Positions 62,801 through 64,000 of a DNA stretch of 64,000 bases are shown here, piece after piece (the first letter of the stretch is position 1; each line of letters begins with the position of its first letter). The DNA is from Styela clava (Eukaryota), in the NCBI RefSeq assembly GCF_964204865.1, contig NC_135253.1, positions 15,376,001 through 15,440,000 on the forward strand, given 5' to 3'. A program made the position numbers and the translations under genes. The notes beneath the pieces were generated by a model. The model was not told the DNA's origin. It saw only the letters and a program-made list of their open reading frames with translations, and searched no databases.

Positions 62801-64000
62801 TACAGCTTTTCTCAAGAAATCTTACAATGACCGAATCGAATTTATCAAGTCAAATGGCATATGTTTTGCATGTCTAAGAAAAGGTCATAGTTCGAAAGGA
62901 TGCACCAAAAGAAAGACTTGCAAAACTTGTGGTAAAGGTCACCCTACTGCCATACATTCAGAAGAATTCGTTCGCAAGGTCAAGACGAAGATAGATTCAA
63001 ATGAAGAAAATAGTTTAACGAATGCTGATTGTAAGAAAAGTATAATCTGTCATGCATCAGAAGCTCGAGAAGTTATTCGAACTACAAGGATTGTACCAAT
63101 ACAAATACTTTGTGCTGATCGACCAAGCAAGAAATTAAAAGTTTATGCAATTTTAGATGAACAATCTGATACCACATTCATTTCGGATGATGTCAGACGA
63201 AGCTTGGAATTAAATGGATTTAAGGTGAGATTGAACCTTTCTACTATGACCAGTTCGACTGTGGTGGATTCATACAAGATTATGGGCTTGCAAATTTTAG
63301 GTTGTAATGGCCACAAGATAGATTTGCCTCCATGTTACACAAGAGATTCCATCCCAGTAAATCGTAATCAAATTATAGACAAGAGGGTTCTGAACAAGTA
63401 TACAAAGTTCCAAGATATTCTAGATGAAATCCCGGACTGCGATCCTAATATTGATATTGGTATACTCATTGGCACTGATTGTATGCAAGCATTGCGTCCG
63501 TTGCAAATTATATCAGATGCCGTCACAGAAAGTTATGCTATCAAAACAGCATTAGGATGGGGAGTTGTTGGAATGATTGATGCAGTATGTGTTGGTGGAT
63601 ATGCTACCAAAACTTGTAACAAAGTGATATCACATGACCTGTATGCACCTGACATCATTTCTCCTCAATTTGTACCTATAAATCAAGTTAAAGAAGTCAT
63701 TAACCCTTGCATGATTTTGAGAAGTTTCGAACAAGATTTCATTGAATGCATGCACAAGAATAATATCAAAAAGCAAGAAATTGATGGTACATCGAACAAA
63801 CCTATTTCTATCGAAGATCGTAGATTTTTGCAGAAGTGTCAATCAAGTATTCACAGGACACAGGATGGTCATTATGAGATGTCTCTCCCTTTTCGAAACA
63901 AAGAAGTGAAGCTTTCAAACAACAAGCAATTAGCTCTCAGATGCTTACAAGGAATTAAGAAGCGTTTTGAGAAAGATGAAAGGTTTAAAGAGCTTTACTG
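59838..64000 (+). mobile_element. BEL/Pao LTR retrotransposon, 5' portion (LTR starts TGTAAA at 59838; LTR end not fixed)
   Basis: hAT homology stops abruptly at 59837 where TGT begins; a BEL gag-pro ORF follows. Confidence 0.8.
60915..63998 (+). CDS. BEL/Pao Gag-Pro(-Pol) polyprotein, open to the window edge (>1000 aa)
   Basis: RRSERSRTLTEKGQEYQ, coiled coil, LPNEEPEVFDGN..FPIW, three Zn knuckles (CVCCKGSHDLNDC, CFACLRKGHSSKGC, CKTCGKGHPTAIH), protease YAILDEQSDTTF...ILIGTD, and GHYEMSLPF. Its absence from the ORF track is consistent with no stop before the edge. Confidence 0.9.
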   Translation, partial: MATARSTNASDDVDSNSGNDMRENPRRSERSRTLTEKGQEYQVKMLLERCKSKFELFSKIRMKLLKSIDDGVSLRTIKDDLKTFELCFHGYRTAHKEYVALLVDANAINEENDIFINAQHLFEEFRAKAIEEIRSIETDKDVSSVHTSLSRYSHRSYSSSSSSSVAFRLAEIAAKKASLQAKASFAETEVKIAQEEAKLKSELAQADAKLKSELAQTEAKLKAEAVRLQANVQQAEIQLQADKRRMNLQKEIAKAEAEENIFAQIDCENDSFSRRDVTHFAPNEPFVVSPHQFHTAEQTALTNENLVPAPENTAVPFVTNHMNANPAYSNTAENEVSNPLNLSTAPQNPSADGASSSEIKRLVETVVDIQQRASLPNEEPEVFDGNLLKFPIWLGDFEDLIERNVRNPNRRLRYLLKYTTGDARKAIEGFMGIDDENSYNEAKATLMEWYGDSATISRAYKQRLKQWPIIPMDDGGKGMREFCHFLTSCKLLVKNSTLLKKLDDEDLIQVLVLKLPKSARDRWSSNACEYHRKHGSFPPFSEFRDHVKKISKVTTLPLYGTGVLDELVANNKKAANVPVRRRTYNRGSHSYSIDASEEVHSSRQTAKSKTTHFSDSCVCCKGSHDLNDCTAFLKKSYNDRIEFIKSNGICFACLRKGHSSKGCTKRKTCKTCGKGHPTAIHSEEFVRKVKTKIDSNEENSLTNADCKKSIICHASEAREVIRTTRIVPIQILCADRPSKKLKVYAILDEQSDTTFISDDVRRSLELNGFKVRLNLSTMTSSTVVDSYKIMGLQILGCNGHKIDLPPCYTRDSIPVNRNQIIDKRVLNKYTKFQDILDEIPDCDPNIDIGILIGTDCMQALRPLQIISDAVTESYAIKTALGWGVVGMIDAVCVGGYATKTCNKVISHDLYAPDIISPQFVPINQVKEVINPCMILRSFEQDFIECMHKNNIKKQEIDGTSNKPISIEDRRFLQKCQSSIHRTQDGHYEMSLPFRNKEVKLSNNKQLALRCLQGIKKRFEKDERFKELY

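Overview
AT-rich, intron-containing animal DNA. Compact intron-poor housekeeping genes, unpaired splice acceptors and a mitoregulin homologue suggest an invertebrate chordate, probably an ascidian (inference). Left to right: the 5' part of STPG2 (minus); a tight plus-strand cluster NUBP2 - TANGO2 - a 56-aa mitoregulin (MTLN) homologue missed by the ORF track - a FASTKD2-like ORF starting 2 nt after the MTLN stop; a 7-exon gene built around a retrotransposon Gag-like segment; and a frame-intact NRF-6/OACYL-like membrane protein gene whose acyltransferase catalytic motifs are all degenerate. A ~10.8-kb block (5' NRF-6-like exons, SINE, intronless mitochondrial AlaRS, YPEL5) then occurs twice with different TE insertions. 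One insertion is a 7.2-kb palindrome of two P-like elements sharing a triplicated 7-bp target site. The right end holds a Gypsy < hAT < BEL/Pao nest with a BEL polyprotein ORF open to the window edge. Top findings are the MTLN-FASTKD2-like bicistron in a probable operon, the spliced Gag-derived gene, the double P-like insertion and the dead acyltransferase. All homology calls come from hand translation and remembered family motifs; no searches were run.
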